DNA from: Phoronis australis
Lineage: Eukaryota > Animalia > Phoronida
DNA: 64,000 nt
Direction of reading: 5' to 3'
Assembly (NCBI GenBank): GCA_002633005.1
Contig: NMRA01000692.1
Span: forward strand, 136,977 to 200,976
The first letter of the stretch is position 1. Every line of letters begins with the position of its first letter. Under the pieces are notes generated by a model, which saw only the letters and a program-made list of their open reading frames with translations, had not been told where the DNA came from and ran no database searches. Made by a program: the position numbers and the translations under genes. Positions 13,185 through 27,900 of the stretch are shown here, in pieces.

Positions 13185-14974
13185 AATGTTTTTATGATAA
13201 ACACTAATGAATTTTGCACCCTTGAGCATTCAGTTAGTTAATATTGTGAGTCTTAGCCGTAATTTTCAAACAAACAAAAAGGTGATCGCGTTCAAAGTTA
13301 TGGAAATAGTTTAGTACAAAAATGTAGTTCTTTGTAAAATTTTTACCGTTCTTGTAAATTTCACGTTGTTGCGATAGTCTAAACTAAGGAGTATACATTG
13401 TACAATGTTAATTCTGACATAGGGTGTTGTGTACATTGAGACCCTCAAACTTAAAAGTGCACAGGGTGCTTACAGAATTTAAGTAAAGTCTTCATTCAAA
13501 CACTAATTTCTCATGTAATAGCACACTGCTTACCGCTTAAGACTGCGCAAGTAGTCTTCAGCATTCATATTGATTTATGTACAGGATTTTATAATCCTGA
13601 TTCTAGTCATTGATAACTTAACACAGTCATGAGAATACTGTGTAGGTTCGTACGTATTATTTAGTTATATTACTGGGAGTTAAGGGAACATCACTCATGA
13701 CAGAAAGTTATGATAGTGAACAGAAACTTTTGCACTGTCATATATTATTGTTCCGTGTCAAATCTTAGTTGATCTATGTGCTGTACACATGGTTCAAATG
13801 CGCATTTGCATAATAACAAGTTACTTAGAAGCATGTTATTTTGAAAAGAAATGTTTAATTATTGCACACTCCTTCACAGATCCAAAACTGGCCTACACCA
13901 CCAGTGTTGTGATACCATCAAAAGTGTTAACTTGCCTCAGTTGAAGTTCTTGGACAGACAGAAATCAGAGCAAACTTGCCATTGAAAGTCACTCATCCCA
14001 AAATAGTAGTACTTGCAGAGCAACCTGGGCTGTGCATGTGTTGTGTATCTTTGATTAGAAATGCAACTTCAGGCAAAAAGTTATTACTTAATTGGAGTGA
14101 TGTTTGGGGAATGAAAACTGTTAATTTATTTAGTCTAGATACATTAAAGTGAATTTTGAGTAAATAACCAACCCAATAAAATTTCCACATTTCAATTGAT
14201 ATCAAAATTATGAAGACGATACAGAGATGACATAAAAAGAGGAGGCACAAAGTACTGCTAGTGTTTGCACTTTTTCTGCAAATTAAAGCCTTCACGTCTG
14301 CTTAGCCTGTTTATAAATTTCTTTAAAAATCTTCAATTTTGTGATGGCTATAACTTTTTCTCTACTGACAATTACCCTCACTGTTACAACCATCATCTCA
14401 AAGGTATTGTTTTGTTCAATTAATCTATACCATCGTGCTTATAATATTTTCATTAGTTTGATTTCAAATATTAACTAAATAGCTGGCCATATTGTTTAAT
14501 CAGATTTCCAATAATTAATTAATAGTGATCAGAATACTCAAACAAACTTGATAATTTTAAGTGAGCAATGATGTGATTTTTTAGCGGTGTCTTGGCAGGG
14601 TGCTTACATCCAGGTGTTTCTCGTGATTAAGTGTGTTCCAACACCTGTCTGCATACTCTAACTATACCACTCCATATTTGACTGGCGTATTCGAATTCAG
14701 CTAACCAACAGGTGTTCCAACACAAGTTTTCAAGCTAAAAAGTTGTAAGATAAAATTCTTCAATTTGGGACAAAACTAATTGCCAAATTTGCCACATTTG
14801 TACGTTTCAGAGGCTTACTACATTGTTGTAAATGCTCAAAAAATTTTGATGATAGTTACGCCATACAACTCATGTTAATAGCAAAGTCCACCATATTGTG
14901 TACCCGCATACTGAACAATGTTCACCACAGAGAGACGGCAGTGCCACCTTGTGTCATAAGTGTCAGCTGTGAGA

Positions 14975-15140
14975 GGAGGCAGTGTTGTCTACTGGGATAA
15001 TTGGCTGCTTCCTTTACTTAAGGTTGTGGGTTTAAGTCCCACTGGGGCACACTGCTAGACCCTTGAGTCAGGTTTCCAGCACCTCAGCTCGGTTTTAACT
15101 GTTAATAAGCATAAAATGGTTCCAGGTGATCAGTGTAATG
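14975..15140 (+). mobile_element. Degenerate tRNA-derived SINE-like fragment
   Basis: B-box-like GGTTGTGGGTTTAAGTCCCACT followed by CCCTTGAGTCAGG, which resembles invertebrate SINE2 heads. It does not form a full cloverleaf. Confidence 0.35.
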
Positions 15141-15970
15141 GGCCCACCTGAGCGGCCTGCACACGTCTGGTACAACGTGTAGCAGACGTGTACTAGATCG
15201 CCTGCAATTATTTTTTTAAAAGTTGTATGCGAGAGTCAGAGTATGCAGATGGGAAGGCACTATACATACCATGTTTCTCATAAAGTTGTATAATAATAAA
15301 AATTACAAAAAATCACAGAGTGTTTAGACGGTGCTTAACAGTTTGACATGACAAGTCGCCTAGGCTGTAATACTGTTGATGGGTAGACTGTGTAATAATT
15401 ACCATAATTCTTCACCTCTTTAGCACACAAAATTGTGGAAAAAAAGTATTTTTGCAAAAAAGAACATTTACCAACAAATGTGTATTGCATCTCTAGTGAG
15501 TTTTTGAACAACAAAGATGTTATAAATAAAGTTAATGCATTTTTGATTTTTTGTGACATAGTAAGTCTACACCTTCGACACTTTCAGCAATTATTTGTGT
15601 GCAAAGTAACTGAAGAATTACCTTAGTTACCTGTGGGATGTTGTACTCTTAATGTTTCCATGGAAACAAGGTAGACTAATAATAAACAGATTGATTTGTA
15701 GATTAAAATTAAAGACTGTTGGCAATTTTGATTTCTTCTTTATTATAAATGCCACAAAGATTACAAAATCTCCATTAAATCAAACTTCAAGCAAATAATT
15801 GGGAATTGTCTACGAAGATGCGCTTCCAGTCACATCAATCCTCGTATATTTTGTTAAATCAATGCTTAAAGGCTACATCGAAGGTATAAACTGTCACTAA
15901 TACTTCCAGGCTCACACTGGTTATGTGAAGATATAATACAAACATATAAGCATAGTCTTCTCTACCAGAA

Positions 15971-18900
15971 CTAAAGAGCTTTACGAGGATTAGCTGGCGG
16001 TTCCTCTGCAAGTCGCCTCTGTGGTCTGAAATAAAACCAGCAATTTAAGTATAACCTACTGCATTTGCTCAGGTTAATTTGATAATGTTATGCAGAAGCT
16101 CATGGACAAGTCTATATTTTGCCAAATACCCTCAAAACTATACATTTTAATTTGGTAAGAGTACAGTAAACACTCCAGTTTGGGACACCCTCTAAAATTT
16201 GGGACAACAAAATCGAAGCTGAAACTGAATTTTCTTGATTCTGAAAATTGAGACTGCGATTTTAACATTCATCATATTTCAGAAAATTGGACACGACTTT
16301 AAATGAACAGAGTCTGAAAATAAACTTGGCAGTTGATAAAATTGTTGAAAATGTTCAACCCTTGAAATATTTTCATGAGTCCCTATAGTGTAACATGGAG
16401 GGGGATGTTCGTTTGACGCTAATCATAATTGTTGGGTTTTGGATGGCTAGTATTGTCTACATGTATTTCTAAAGTTTGGTACAAGCTCTGATCTTGAACA
16501 AAATAATTAACTTTCACCATCCAAAACTGAGGATTTTTAACACATATATAATTTCTGAAAGTAGAAAGCCCGAACAATTTGATAAAATTTAGCCTTATAC
16601 CAATCTTCAATTGGGTCACGTGACCATGCCTTTTTTATGGTACATTCATCACAAAACAACGCTAGCAATAACATAACCTGATTTCATTTGATACAAGTAT
16701 TCAAGTCACAATCTCACAAATGCTGTAATTTACAGTAGTTTTTCATGTATGCAGCTATTGAGATTTTTCAGAAAAATCGTAAAAGTCCTGTTTTGATACC
16801 CACTCTTGCAAAAGCCTAACATTTTACAAACAATCCCCAACAATATCTTGGAGAACAGTACACAAAGCGTAGTACCCGAAAGTTTCAAAGGAATCCAAAC
16901 AGCCATTTGTGAGATATGATGTTTCAAAGTTAAGCAAATTTGGACATTTTCTAGGGTACTACTGCTTATATTCAGCTAAATGAGCAACCTCAAATATTTA
17001 CTTTATATTCGCATATATATTTTAAAATTAACACTTTTTAAAAATTTATAATAAAATTTTACTTTTTAGTGTTCATACTTGATTGTGTATACATCCATTT
17101 TTAATTTATACAGTTACGACTCTTTGTTCATTGAAGTAGCATGTATCTAATTTCAGTTCCTAAAACACAATTTGCCAAAAACTCAAAAGTAGTACTGTAA
17201 CATAGTATTCTGCCCATTTTTTAATTCACTCTTCTGTGCCCGGTTGCATGAAACAGTCCCAAATAGGGACTCAACTAAGGTCCTCAAATCTTTTTGCGTT
17301 TTTTTTTGTCTTTAAGGACTCACAGATGCAATATTTTTCTATCATTTCATGTTTATTATGAGCTCCTCTTTGAATTAATGACATTTTCTAATAATATAAT
17401 TAAAAACTGAGTCCTGAGTTCATTGAAAATAAATAGGGACTCAGGGGGTGTTGCATGAAAAGATTCCTACTTATTTTCGATTATATTGACAAATCGACGT
17501 AGAGTTCACTCTCGATTTGTATCAAAGTCAAACGTTGACTTAGTAATAAAAGTAAAACAATACAAGAAAGGGCCACAGATGGTTTCATAAGTAAAAAAAT
17601 ACTCCGTAGAGGACTGTTTCATGCAACTGGGCACAGGGCCCTTACTGCCTAGATTTTGGGACTGAATATTGGCACCAATACCCTATGAAAAATATTTGAA
17701 AATCATGCAAAATTCGCCTTATCAGACCCAAAAGTTCCCTTCCAATGACTAAAAATTCCCCTCAAGGATAGAATCACTTCTGCAAAACATTAGTTTAGTC
17801 TACATAAAGCATGATTGGTGAGGGGTGATCAACCAGGAGGTGTTATTGATGGTGACCAGGTGTTGGGACTTTACCCTCAACCAAAAATTTCTCCTCTCTC
17901 AGGAGGCACTGGCACCTTTCCCTGAAGTGAGCAAGGACCTTGAATGTGAAATGGACCCAGTTCCCTTGTCGTGACCTCAAAATTCAAATCGGCTAATGGC
18001 CAACTTTTCAAAAATTTAGTTTTTAATGCCAACACTTGACTTTCCACCCACTTCACTTTGAAATTAACACACTTAATAAAATCTTATTTCGAAGTATGAT
18101 GTGAACTGTGAACACAACAACCATCTTAACTGAGAAAAAAGCCATGATCTGTAAATAACAATACTGGTAATCAGGCTACAGTCAGAGTGAAGGTATCCAT
18201 GGAATGTGAATAAATTATGTGCTAATATGAACTATGACTGATTTCAGTAGACTAACAAACACTTTTTCAGATTTTGGAGAAAAATTACATTATTCTAACT
18301 CATTTAACAGAATGTGGATTTCTGTAGCAAGAGACAGCAAGAATATCAGGCTTGTTACAGACCAGTTAGACAGTAATTTGTAAATCATAATGAGAGATTC
18401 AAGTGCCATTTTGACAAACTACCATGGTAAGGTTTAAATGGCAACTGATTTAGGAGTTAGACATATCCTTCACGCCAATTCAAAAACCTTGAATACCCCA
18501 ATTTTCAACATATTACAGTGGTAAATTTGGCAATAACATACCAGCAATTAATACGATACAAAACTTGGTCATGTTCATTCAATCTATACAGCTATAGACT
18601 TGATAAGAAACAGGAAAAGAGTGTTTCTAATAAAGATTAACAATTTTAATGATACCAGTTGTCAAGGCCCCACTATAATGAAACACAGGTTTTGTGACCA
18701 GGGAGCCTACATTTTAAACCACACCAATGGATTAACTTGGACTGTTTTTTCATTCATAATAACAACCCCAACTGGCTGTGTGTTTACTTTTTCAAGATTG
18801 TTTTATTGACATGTCATACTATACTGGTCCATTGCAAGACAATGTATACGCAATTGTTTACAAAAACAACAGGCAACTGGAGAAACAAACAGACTGAAAG

Positions 18901-21900
18901 GGTTTCACTTGGCCTGCTGTGACTACACTAACAATCGATGTATAAGCTGCAGAGTAAGGTGTCAATTCACATGTTATACATCTCACACAAGCAAAACACT
19001 GTTTTCACACTACGTTTGAAAGAAGCACATTCTTTTTTATGCTCGTTTCTTTAAGAATGCAATTGGTAAAATATCACCAATTTAGATCACAATATGTCGA
19101 ACAAGGGAGATTTTAATTTTTTCATAAAAGATAAGCAGTACCAATTACAACTTACCGATTTCAAAATCTGTATTAAATTACATAATTCTTCACTTATTTA
19201 GCACAGGATATGACCGACGAGTGAGATTATTGTTAATATGGCATGAAAATGTATAATAACAAAATGTAACTATATCAGTAGCAGGGTTTGCAGTGTGTGT
19301 AGGTCAAACAACTTTTGGTAGATGTTCCAGTCTGCATAGTGTGTATATTATGTCTTGAGAATATAATGAAAACAATCTATCTCTAGGTCTCTGGTTATGA
19401 TTACGGTGTATTTGGTCAAATTACTGCAGGGTTGTCAACACATCTAGAACATAATTAGTAACCTTCATGCTAAAAATTGAATATTGCAATTGAAAACTAG
19501 TACAATTTATAACATTTTAAAAAAGAAGGATTTCAAACTTCAATTTCAGATTATGTAATTAAAAGCAAATGACTTTAAAACTCAGCTCCAAGACGTTCTG
19601 ATGTTTTGTAGCTTGTCCAAATATGGCAAAGCAAATTTTGCAATAATCTCGGACTGTAACAAGTTCCTGAACCACACTGATCTAGTTACTTATTTATCTG
19701 AGTTTTTAATATTGATTTTTGGCAATCTTGCCCATTATTTTAAAGATATTATATGCTTTCAGTTGATTTTTAGAGGAAAAAGAAACGACCAAAATCAAAA
19801 ACTTTTCGAAACCCATATGTAGTCCTTAATAGTTGAGTCGAAAAATGGCCCCCCGTGCATCCCCCGGACTTCAACTCCTAAGAGAAATAAGAGTGAAACC
19901 GAAAAAAGATGTCAACAAGACGAAAAAGTGTCCCACATGCATTTTTTATGTAAATAAGTGCCGCCATTACCGGTTTTTGGTTATTTGACGATATCGGACT
20001 TTGTTTTCCTGTAATTGAACAAATCAAGTGTGAAAACTGATATTTTGAGGGACAAGCATTACGAAGGAATAATTTTCTTCATAAATTTACTGCATCTGAT
20101 TTGCATGATATGATTACTTACTATCGATAATACAACATGTCAACAACCATATGTATATTCTTATGTTAGTTTGTATTCAAGACGTTTTTTACGTCAAAAG
20201 CTGATTCAAAGCTTTGACGTGTTATCATGTGACTGTCTTAGAAACAATGTTCCTCTTTTTAAAAGATGTGAAACATTGTTTTATTTAATGAACCTAAAAT
20301 ACATTTTGGTTGGGCTACTACCTTAACATGACGTCACTGTTTGTTTTCATTTATGCCGTCAACATCAGTCCTGAATTTGGATAAAAATAGCGGATTATCA
20401 TGCCCCACACAACAGTTCTGTTCTTTATGTTGAGTGTTTTGTACATGTAAGATAACTTTATCACTTACTTGCAGTTCTAATGTACTGTTTGACCCACAAA
20501 ACATAAGCCCGGACATTTAGCTTTTTCAATTAAATGAAATAGTCGGGGAGATATGGTGAAGTATAGCAAAATCGGTAATGGTGGCACTAATTTGCATAAA
20601 AAATATGCATGGGACATTTTTTCGACTTGTTAACATCATTTTTCCTTTTTCACACATAATTTCCTTCAAAAAAATGCAACTTTGAAGTTGAAGTCCGGGG
20701 GGAGGGGGTGCACAGGGGGCCATTCTTCGACTAGACTATAAAGCACGACTATGTAGTCTACAAGTAAATCTTTAACCGTTGGCAGTCCTGTGAACAATTT
20801 CCCAACTTCCAATGAATGTAGCACAACTCTACTAAGCAACACAGAGAATGGGACACTTACTTTGGATCCCATCTATGCCGTGTGGTGTGAAAGATTTTCA
20901 TCAACTCCCTGTCTGATGGTCCATCTCTCGGATATTTCTTTTTCTCACTCAAAAGGTGCTTCACTTTCAAAACAGAATCTCCCTGAAACAAAACGCACAT
21001 TTGCTTCTTGTTGACAAAACCCCTCCAGTCACTAAACATCAAATAACAGTATGGCAAGACTTCACTTATTTAGGTCACAAGATAACTGACGAGTGAAATT
21101 TTATTTTTAATCAAATTTCTTAAGAAATATAAAGACTAAGAACCTTTCATTAACATAGTAAGTTGAACTGTAAAGATGACACAAAACAAAGAAAAATTCA
21201 TTCGCATGGTAAGTTGAACTGAAGATGACACAAAACAAAGTTTTTTGCAGCAAGGTAATCAGCTTCTCAAAAACTGGAAAATTATTTTAGTTATTGTTAT
21301 TATTATCATTATTGTGGGAAGTGGGGATTTACCATACTGTAAGCATCAACAAAAAAGATGCTGTTCACATCTACCATATTTACGGTGTCTCTCTCGATTA
21401 AATTATAATTTTCTGGTTACCCTGGAAATAGTTCTCATGACAAGTAAATTAAATTCCTCTAGGTTCCAATTTGTTGCACATATTTCAGTGTGGAAGTGAT
21501 TTGCGACCTGAATCATTTCTGACAGCTCTGTTTGACTGACTGCACAAATACTATTTAAAAAAGAGCAACGCTTGGGCATTGACATGCAACCACGGTGCAT
21601 CGCACACAATGCGTTTCTAAGGGCCACTGACCCAAGTTTCATTGAAATCTGTCAATCAGTTCTCAAGATACAGTACGGAAACGCCCTTCTCCTAAACAAC
21701 ATTTGAAACGCCCTTTGGTGAGAATAAAATGGCAGCGACACATGGTCAACATACATAATAACTATGTAAAGTCTCATTGAAATCTATCAATCAGTTCTCT
21801 AGATACCATCCAGAAACACTTTTCCCCCAAAACAGCACTTGAAAGACTCCTTAGTCACAATGCTGCAATGGACAAAATTGAAGGGTCCAGCACATTAAAA

Positions 21901-24900
21901 TCACATATGTCTGCATCAACTTTCATTGATATCAGTCAATCGTTTTCTTAGATATCATCCAGTATTGCTCTTTCGCCAAACAAAACATGAAATCCCTTGA
22001 GACCAAAATGGGCACTAGGAAGTGTTGCATCTGTGCAAAAATTTAATGGTAATGGTGCACTGACATCACATACCTCTGTGTCAAGTTTCATTAAAATCCA
22101 TCAATCAGTTCAAAAGATATCTGGAAATGCTCTTCCCTAATTAGCCACTAGGAGGTGCTGCAGTAGTCAAATCCTTCCAAAAATCAAATGGTGTTGGCAC
22201 ATTGACATCGTACACCTCTGTGTCAAGTGTTATCGGAATTCGTCAGTCAGTTCTTTTCATATCATCTGGAAAATGATCTTCCCCCAAACAACACTTCAAA
22301 AGCTCCATTGGCAAAAACAAAATGGCCACTAGGAAGTGCGGCGATGCTCAAATCTGACCAAAAATTTAATGACGCTCGCACATTGGCATCATACATCTCT
22401 GCGTCAAGTCTCATTGAAATTCTTCACATGGTTCTCCACATATAATGCCGAAACGCTATGACACAAAATGGCCACTACGACGCGCTGCAGTTTTCGAATC
22501 CACCAGAAAATCAAATACTACTGGCGTAATCTCATAATACACTGTTTTGTAAAGTTTCAATGAACTGCATCAATTGGTTCTTTAGATATAATCCAAAAAC
22601 GCTCTTCCCCCAAACAAATCTTGAAAAGCTCCATGTCAAAAACTAGATGGCCAATAGGAGGTGCTACATAGGTCAAATCCACCCCAAAATTTAATAGTGC
22701 CACAGCATAGTCATCGCATACCTTTGTGTCAACTTTCATTGAACTCTTTCACTCAGTTTTCTACATGTCATTGGGAAACGCTCACACAAAATGGTCACAT
22801 TGTCATCCCAAATCTCCGTGTCAACTTTTAAGTGAAATCCTTCACTCGATTCCCTACATATCAACCGGAATAGCTCTCACACAAAATGGCCACTAGGAGG
22901 TGCTGTAGTTGTCAAATCTACCAGAAAATCAAATGGTGCCGGTACAATGGCATAATATATGAAGTTTCAATGAAATCCATCATTCAGTTCTTTAGATATC
23001 ACACGGAAAAGCTCTTCTCCCAAACAACACTTGAAAAGCCTCATGTTGAAAACCAAATGCCCACAAGTAATCAATTCAGCACGAAACTTAATGGTGCCAC
23101 CAAATTGCCCAAACATAACTCTATGTCAACTTTCATTGAAATCCTTCAATCAGTTCTCTATATGTCATACAGAAACACTCTCACAAAAATGACCACTAGA
23201 AGGTACTGCAGTAGTCAAATCCATCCAAAAATCAATTGACCTTACGCCAACCAGAAGATCGCTCTGCCTATAATGTCATGTGATGCGGAAGTCCGACAGC
23301 AGAGAATGGTTTCATTAAGCAAGACCGATGTGCTAACTGATATTCACGCAGACTTTGGCGAACATTATCTTCCCTATGAGTCCTGCCAACACAAAGACAA
23401 AAGGCAAGAGCCTTAAGAAAAGGTTTCTACGGGAACCGGGTGAAGATTTACATCGAGGACACCTGACATGTAAACTGCCCGATGTTTCAGAAGTCAACGC
23501 AAATTTGACGAGCCTCATAGAGTTGACATCAGTGTCAACAAAAACTGCATGAATGCGGTTAAAAATAACAGTAAAAATCCTTGATGAAAAACAGTCCTTC
23601 CCTCAAAGCAAAATAAATATTGAGAGGATCAAGAAACCTACTGAGCTGTAACTATAGCAGTTTAGCCGGGAATTTCGTGTCCAGTGATCGCTGATGGTCG
23701 AGCCGGCGCAGTGACAGACACACATAACAAGTCAAAATTTGGAGTAACTGTAACCATTCAAATTAACATTTCAAAGGTAGTGATTTTGATGAAGCAACAC
23801 CAGCCTAACCTGGTCAGAACTTGAGTGGTGACCGTGATTATGACCTCCGAAGACAGACTAAACAAAGCACACTTGCCGACTGTGGAATGTTGCTAATCTG
23901 TTGTTTTACATATCTGAGTTACATACTATGTACATGTCAATTACCAAGCCTGACACTGCGTATTTACTACGTGCTTGCGGTTTCTGTAGTGCTATGGCGT
24001 AGTGCTACGTATTTTCGGTAATTAACGTGCATTTTGTCCAATGCTCATAATAAAGTTTTGGCTTTTACTGGCAATCTTTGTCGAAATAATAACATATCAC
24101 GAGCCTTGCTCGACAGGGCCAGGAGGAGTTACTTAGGATTCGCAATAAGGCCTATAACAACACTCACAGTTAGTATATGTGTACGAGCCTCCAATAGGTA
24201 AGTAGGTAGGCATGCAATGCATTTTGACTCTTGGTTGACAATATTTTGACTCGTTTTTGTCAGTGCTATGGAAATGGTTTACATGTATCGTTATAACGAA
24301 CCAGAAAGTGATCGCAGATAGCTGGCGGGTCACACACTTAAGAAGACCGTAATCCAGAGCCAAAATTCCGCGCGCCTTAGAACATACTTGTGTTTAGCTT
24401 TCTAGTGGTCAAACAGGATAGGCTGCTCGTGCGGGCGTACACACAGTTTAATTAATCCACTGTTTGCTCATTACGTCATTTTTAGGCGTTGGAAAAGGCC
24501 AAAAAATTGACAGGACTTTCATCTCTGTCGGTATAACGACTGACTGAATTACACACACCATAACAACACCTCTTGACCATTTAAAATGCACATTATAGTT
24601 GAACGTGTTTTGTCCGACTGCCGCTAATATTTGTCGGACAAGATGGCGACTTGAACAGCAGTTGGAGGAGTGTCCGAAATGCAGCATTCTGATTGGCTAA
24701 TTAAACCTGTCATTCATTTTCAGGCGTAAGGTCAATTGATGTCGATGCAATCCCACAATACACCTGTGTCATGTTTCAATAAAATCTGCTCATCGGTTCT
24801 TAAATTAGATATCATCCGGAAATGCTCTTCCTCCAAACAACAGTTCAAAAGCCCATGTTGAAAATAAAATGGCCACTAGGAGGTGCTACAGTAAACAAAT

Positions 24901-27900
24901 ACGCCTGAAAATTAATGGTGCCATCGCAATGTCATAAAAAACCTCTGTGTCAACTTTAATTCAAAACTTTCACTTGGTTCTCTATGTTGCAGTTTGTGAC
25001 GCTACATGTTTTTAAAAAAAATTTCCAAGTAGGTGGCAAAGAAACACAAAAGATTATTATTTTATCTTTATGTTACTTGTACACTCATATTTCTGTACCT
25101 TATCAGTCATAATAAATGACCTTATATCACCTATACACGTTCTCCTTTGTATCTCTGGAAACGGAGCTTGCGACGCACCTATTATTTTCGGGACATATTC
25201 CGAGCATAAAAGTGAAATACCAACAGTGTGGCAGCCTTCTAAGCATGTTTAGCAGGTACTTTCAAGATCTCTTGCAATCCGGCCGTAAAAATGTTTGCCG
25301 CACACACGGTAGTTTTGCATAGCTTGAACGAGCAACATTGCATTCTTGACACCAACGATCCAACTCAAACGAATTTCATCGTCCGTTGGAAATTGGTTAA
25401 ATAGAACTTCTATACTCTTTTAGAACTCATGATGCCTGCATCCCAGAATGTAACAATTTCCAGGCAAATTGAATAAGAATTAGAGCAAGGAAAATACTGG
25501 CAACAAGTAGATTTACACGATGACAATCGCATGTGGAAAAAACAAAAGCACATGCATGTAAACAAACCAGGCATAAACAGATAAACAGTTTAGAACACCA
25601 GGAATTAACTTGAAAATTTATCTGGGATAAACAAGTTGTAATTTAACCATAAACAATAACAAAACGTCTCTAGAATTTGGGACACCAAATTGAAGCCGGA
25701 ATTGAATTTTTGTGATTTTTAAGATTAAAACATGGATGATTTTGGCATTCGTTATATTTCACAAATATCAGACACTGTGTTATTGTGTTTTGTATCAACA
25801 GTCTAAAAATAGACGTGGCAGTTCATTAAGTCATTGAAAAAAAATGCTGGCGACCCAAAATTTTCATGCATCCCGAGCGTGTATACCACCAAGGTGAATG
25901 ATCGTTGATCGCAATTAGCGGCTAATGTTGCCCATTTCTAAAATTTGATACAAGCTCTGGCCTTGAGCAAAATTTTCACTGTCAAAACTACTTGGACTGC
26001 CTTCCTGGGAAGAACTAATTACAAGTAGTTGGCTTACAGCCCAAATGAACAGGAAGAAGGATCGTGTATACAGGATTGGCACAGTCAGATTATAAGTTCA
26101 AAGTAAATAAACAAATTATTTCTATTACCTCCCCAAGTTCCTCTTCCTTTCTGGGAATTGCCTGAAAATAAAGAAGTAAAATAAAAAATAAAATCAAGAG
26201 GAAATGAAAATTGACATCAAAAACAGCCCCAACTGAGGTATCTAGTTTGAAAATAAAAACAATACCGGTGATTGGTTCTAGTCTGCGGATTTGTGCATTT
26301 TTTGAAATATGATGCGGTGTTGCAACATTTTTTAGTTTTCTGTTCATCAAGTTAATTCAATATTAAAAAATAAGCACGGTTTGAGAAAAACAAGGAACTT
26401 GCAGGTTGGAAAGAAATGTCCCTTTAATGTTAATTTTGAAAGACACGTCGTTGTAGGCTTCAGAACATACAAATTGATCAAATGATAAGAGAGCGTGTCA
26501 TTTTTTTAACACAGTCAAGCAAATAAACCAGACAACAGAACATTCCAGGCACAGGTTGTGTCCCTGGCCTGCATACAAAAGTGTGCCAAATCGAAGTGGG
26601 CACTTTCACATATCCTGTCACACATGGGTCATTGTTCTATCAACCTTTCATTACTGCTTTGATGATGACTTATCATAGCCAAAACAAAGGTTTGTGCATA
26701 ATTAAAATACAATTCAGCTACTCCTATTGAAACACGCCCAATGCTTTAAAACACAAGTCTTTCAGAGAGGGAGGGTGGTCTATTCACAGAATAGTACCTG
26801 GAATTAATTCCTGTCCAAAATGCAGCAGAACAAAGCTTGGACAGAAGACATTTAGACATAGAAAGACACAAACACAGGATGACCAAACACCACACAGCTC
26901 CTCATTTGATAACAAAATTCTCACCACCTGATCACCCCTGTAGGAAGTGTTTATGTACTAGACTATAAAAAGTGGAGTTTAGAACTTCGCCACACACAGC
27001 AGTCAAATTTCAAAGTTACAGAGTTGACAAATACTCAAATTATGGCAAGTGAGTTTAGAGGACTATTAGCCTTGTTATTGGTTGGGTTTCTGGAGGTCAC
27101 CGGACAGATGACCACAACTTTGGCTATGCAGCTGGCTGGGTGTTCTTACAAGATTGTACCAGAGAAAGGGTCTTGCCCTCAAGCAGACGGACAGCAGTCT
27201 AGTGCAGTAAGTGATTTATGAAAATTAAGTACCAGGTATGTTTGTCTTGTCAAACTGGCTATTGGCATGCCGTCAATAACAGGGCTGTAACGTAACATGT
27301 TGCCAATAACCGATATGGCAGATATTGAAATTTTATTTTGTCAAACCTCAACAAAAACAAAAATTAAGCAAATTTCAGGCTGATATCACGTTGATTGGTA
27401 TCAAGAACTAGTAAAAATATTTGATACCGTTACGTGTCTGTAATTTGCAGCAAGGCAGTCAGCCTTTGATAAATACAAATAATTTTAGGAATTATTTTTG
27501 TTAGAAATAAGTAAAGAATTATTGAAAACAAGTTCCTAAGTGGACGATGAACTATACACAATGATTAGCAAACTGGTCTGTATTACCTTCACAAAATCTC
27601 ATTAAAAATTGAATTTTAAATTGATTTACATAAAACCAAGTGAAATGTAGTTAAGACTGTTTTTGCCAACTTCTTTTTGAACTTTAAAACTAAACTGTTC
27701 ATGTACTGCTACTAAATTTTAACTAGTTTTCTTATTGCACATGTGTAGTTTCAAAATCAAGCTTGTGAGAAACAAAAATTAATTGATCAAGTTACTAAAT
27801 GGAAATAAACAGTTAAAAAGCATAACTTCATTAAATGCAGTTTGTGGCAAAATTGAAGATTAGAAATGAATGAAAATGAAGTTCGAGTATTGGAAATGGT

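Noticed and set aside
27207-27240. In-frame TGA (27219-27221) before a strong AG|GTATGT donor, suggesting selenocysteine or readthrough in the discoidin gene
   Set aside because: An upstream GCA|GTAAGT donor (27206, phase 0) joins in frame to the acceptor at 28579. The later donor is phase 2, and the matching acceptor at 28545 runs straight into TAA. No SECIS was recognised.
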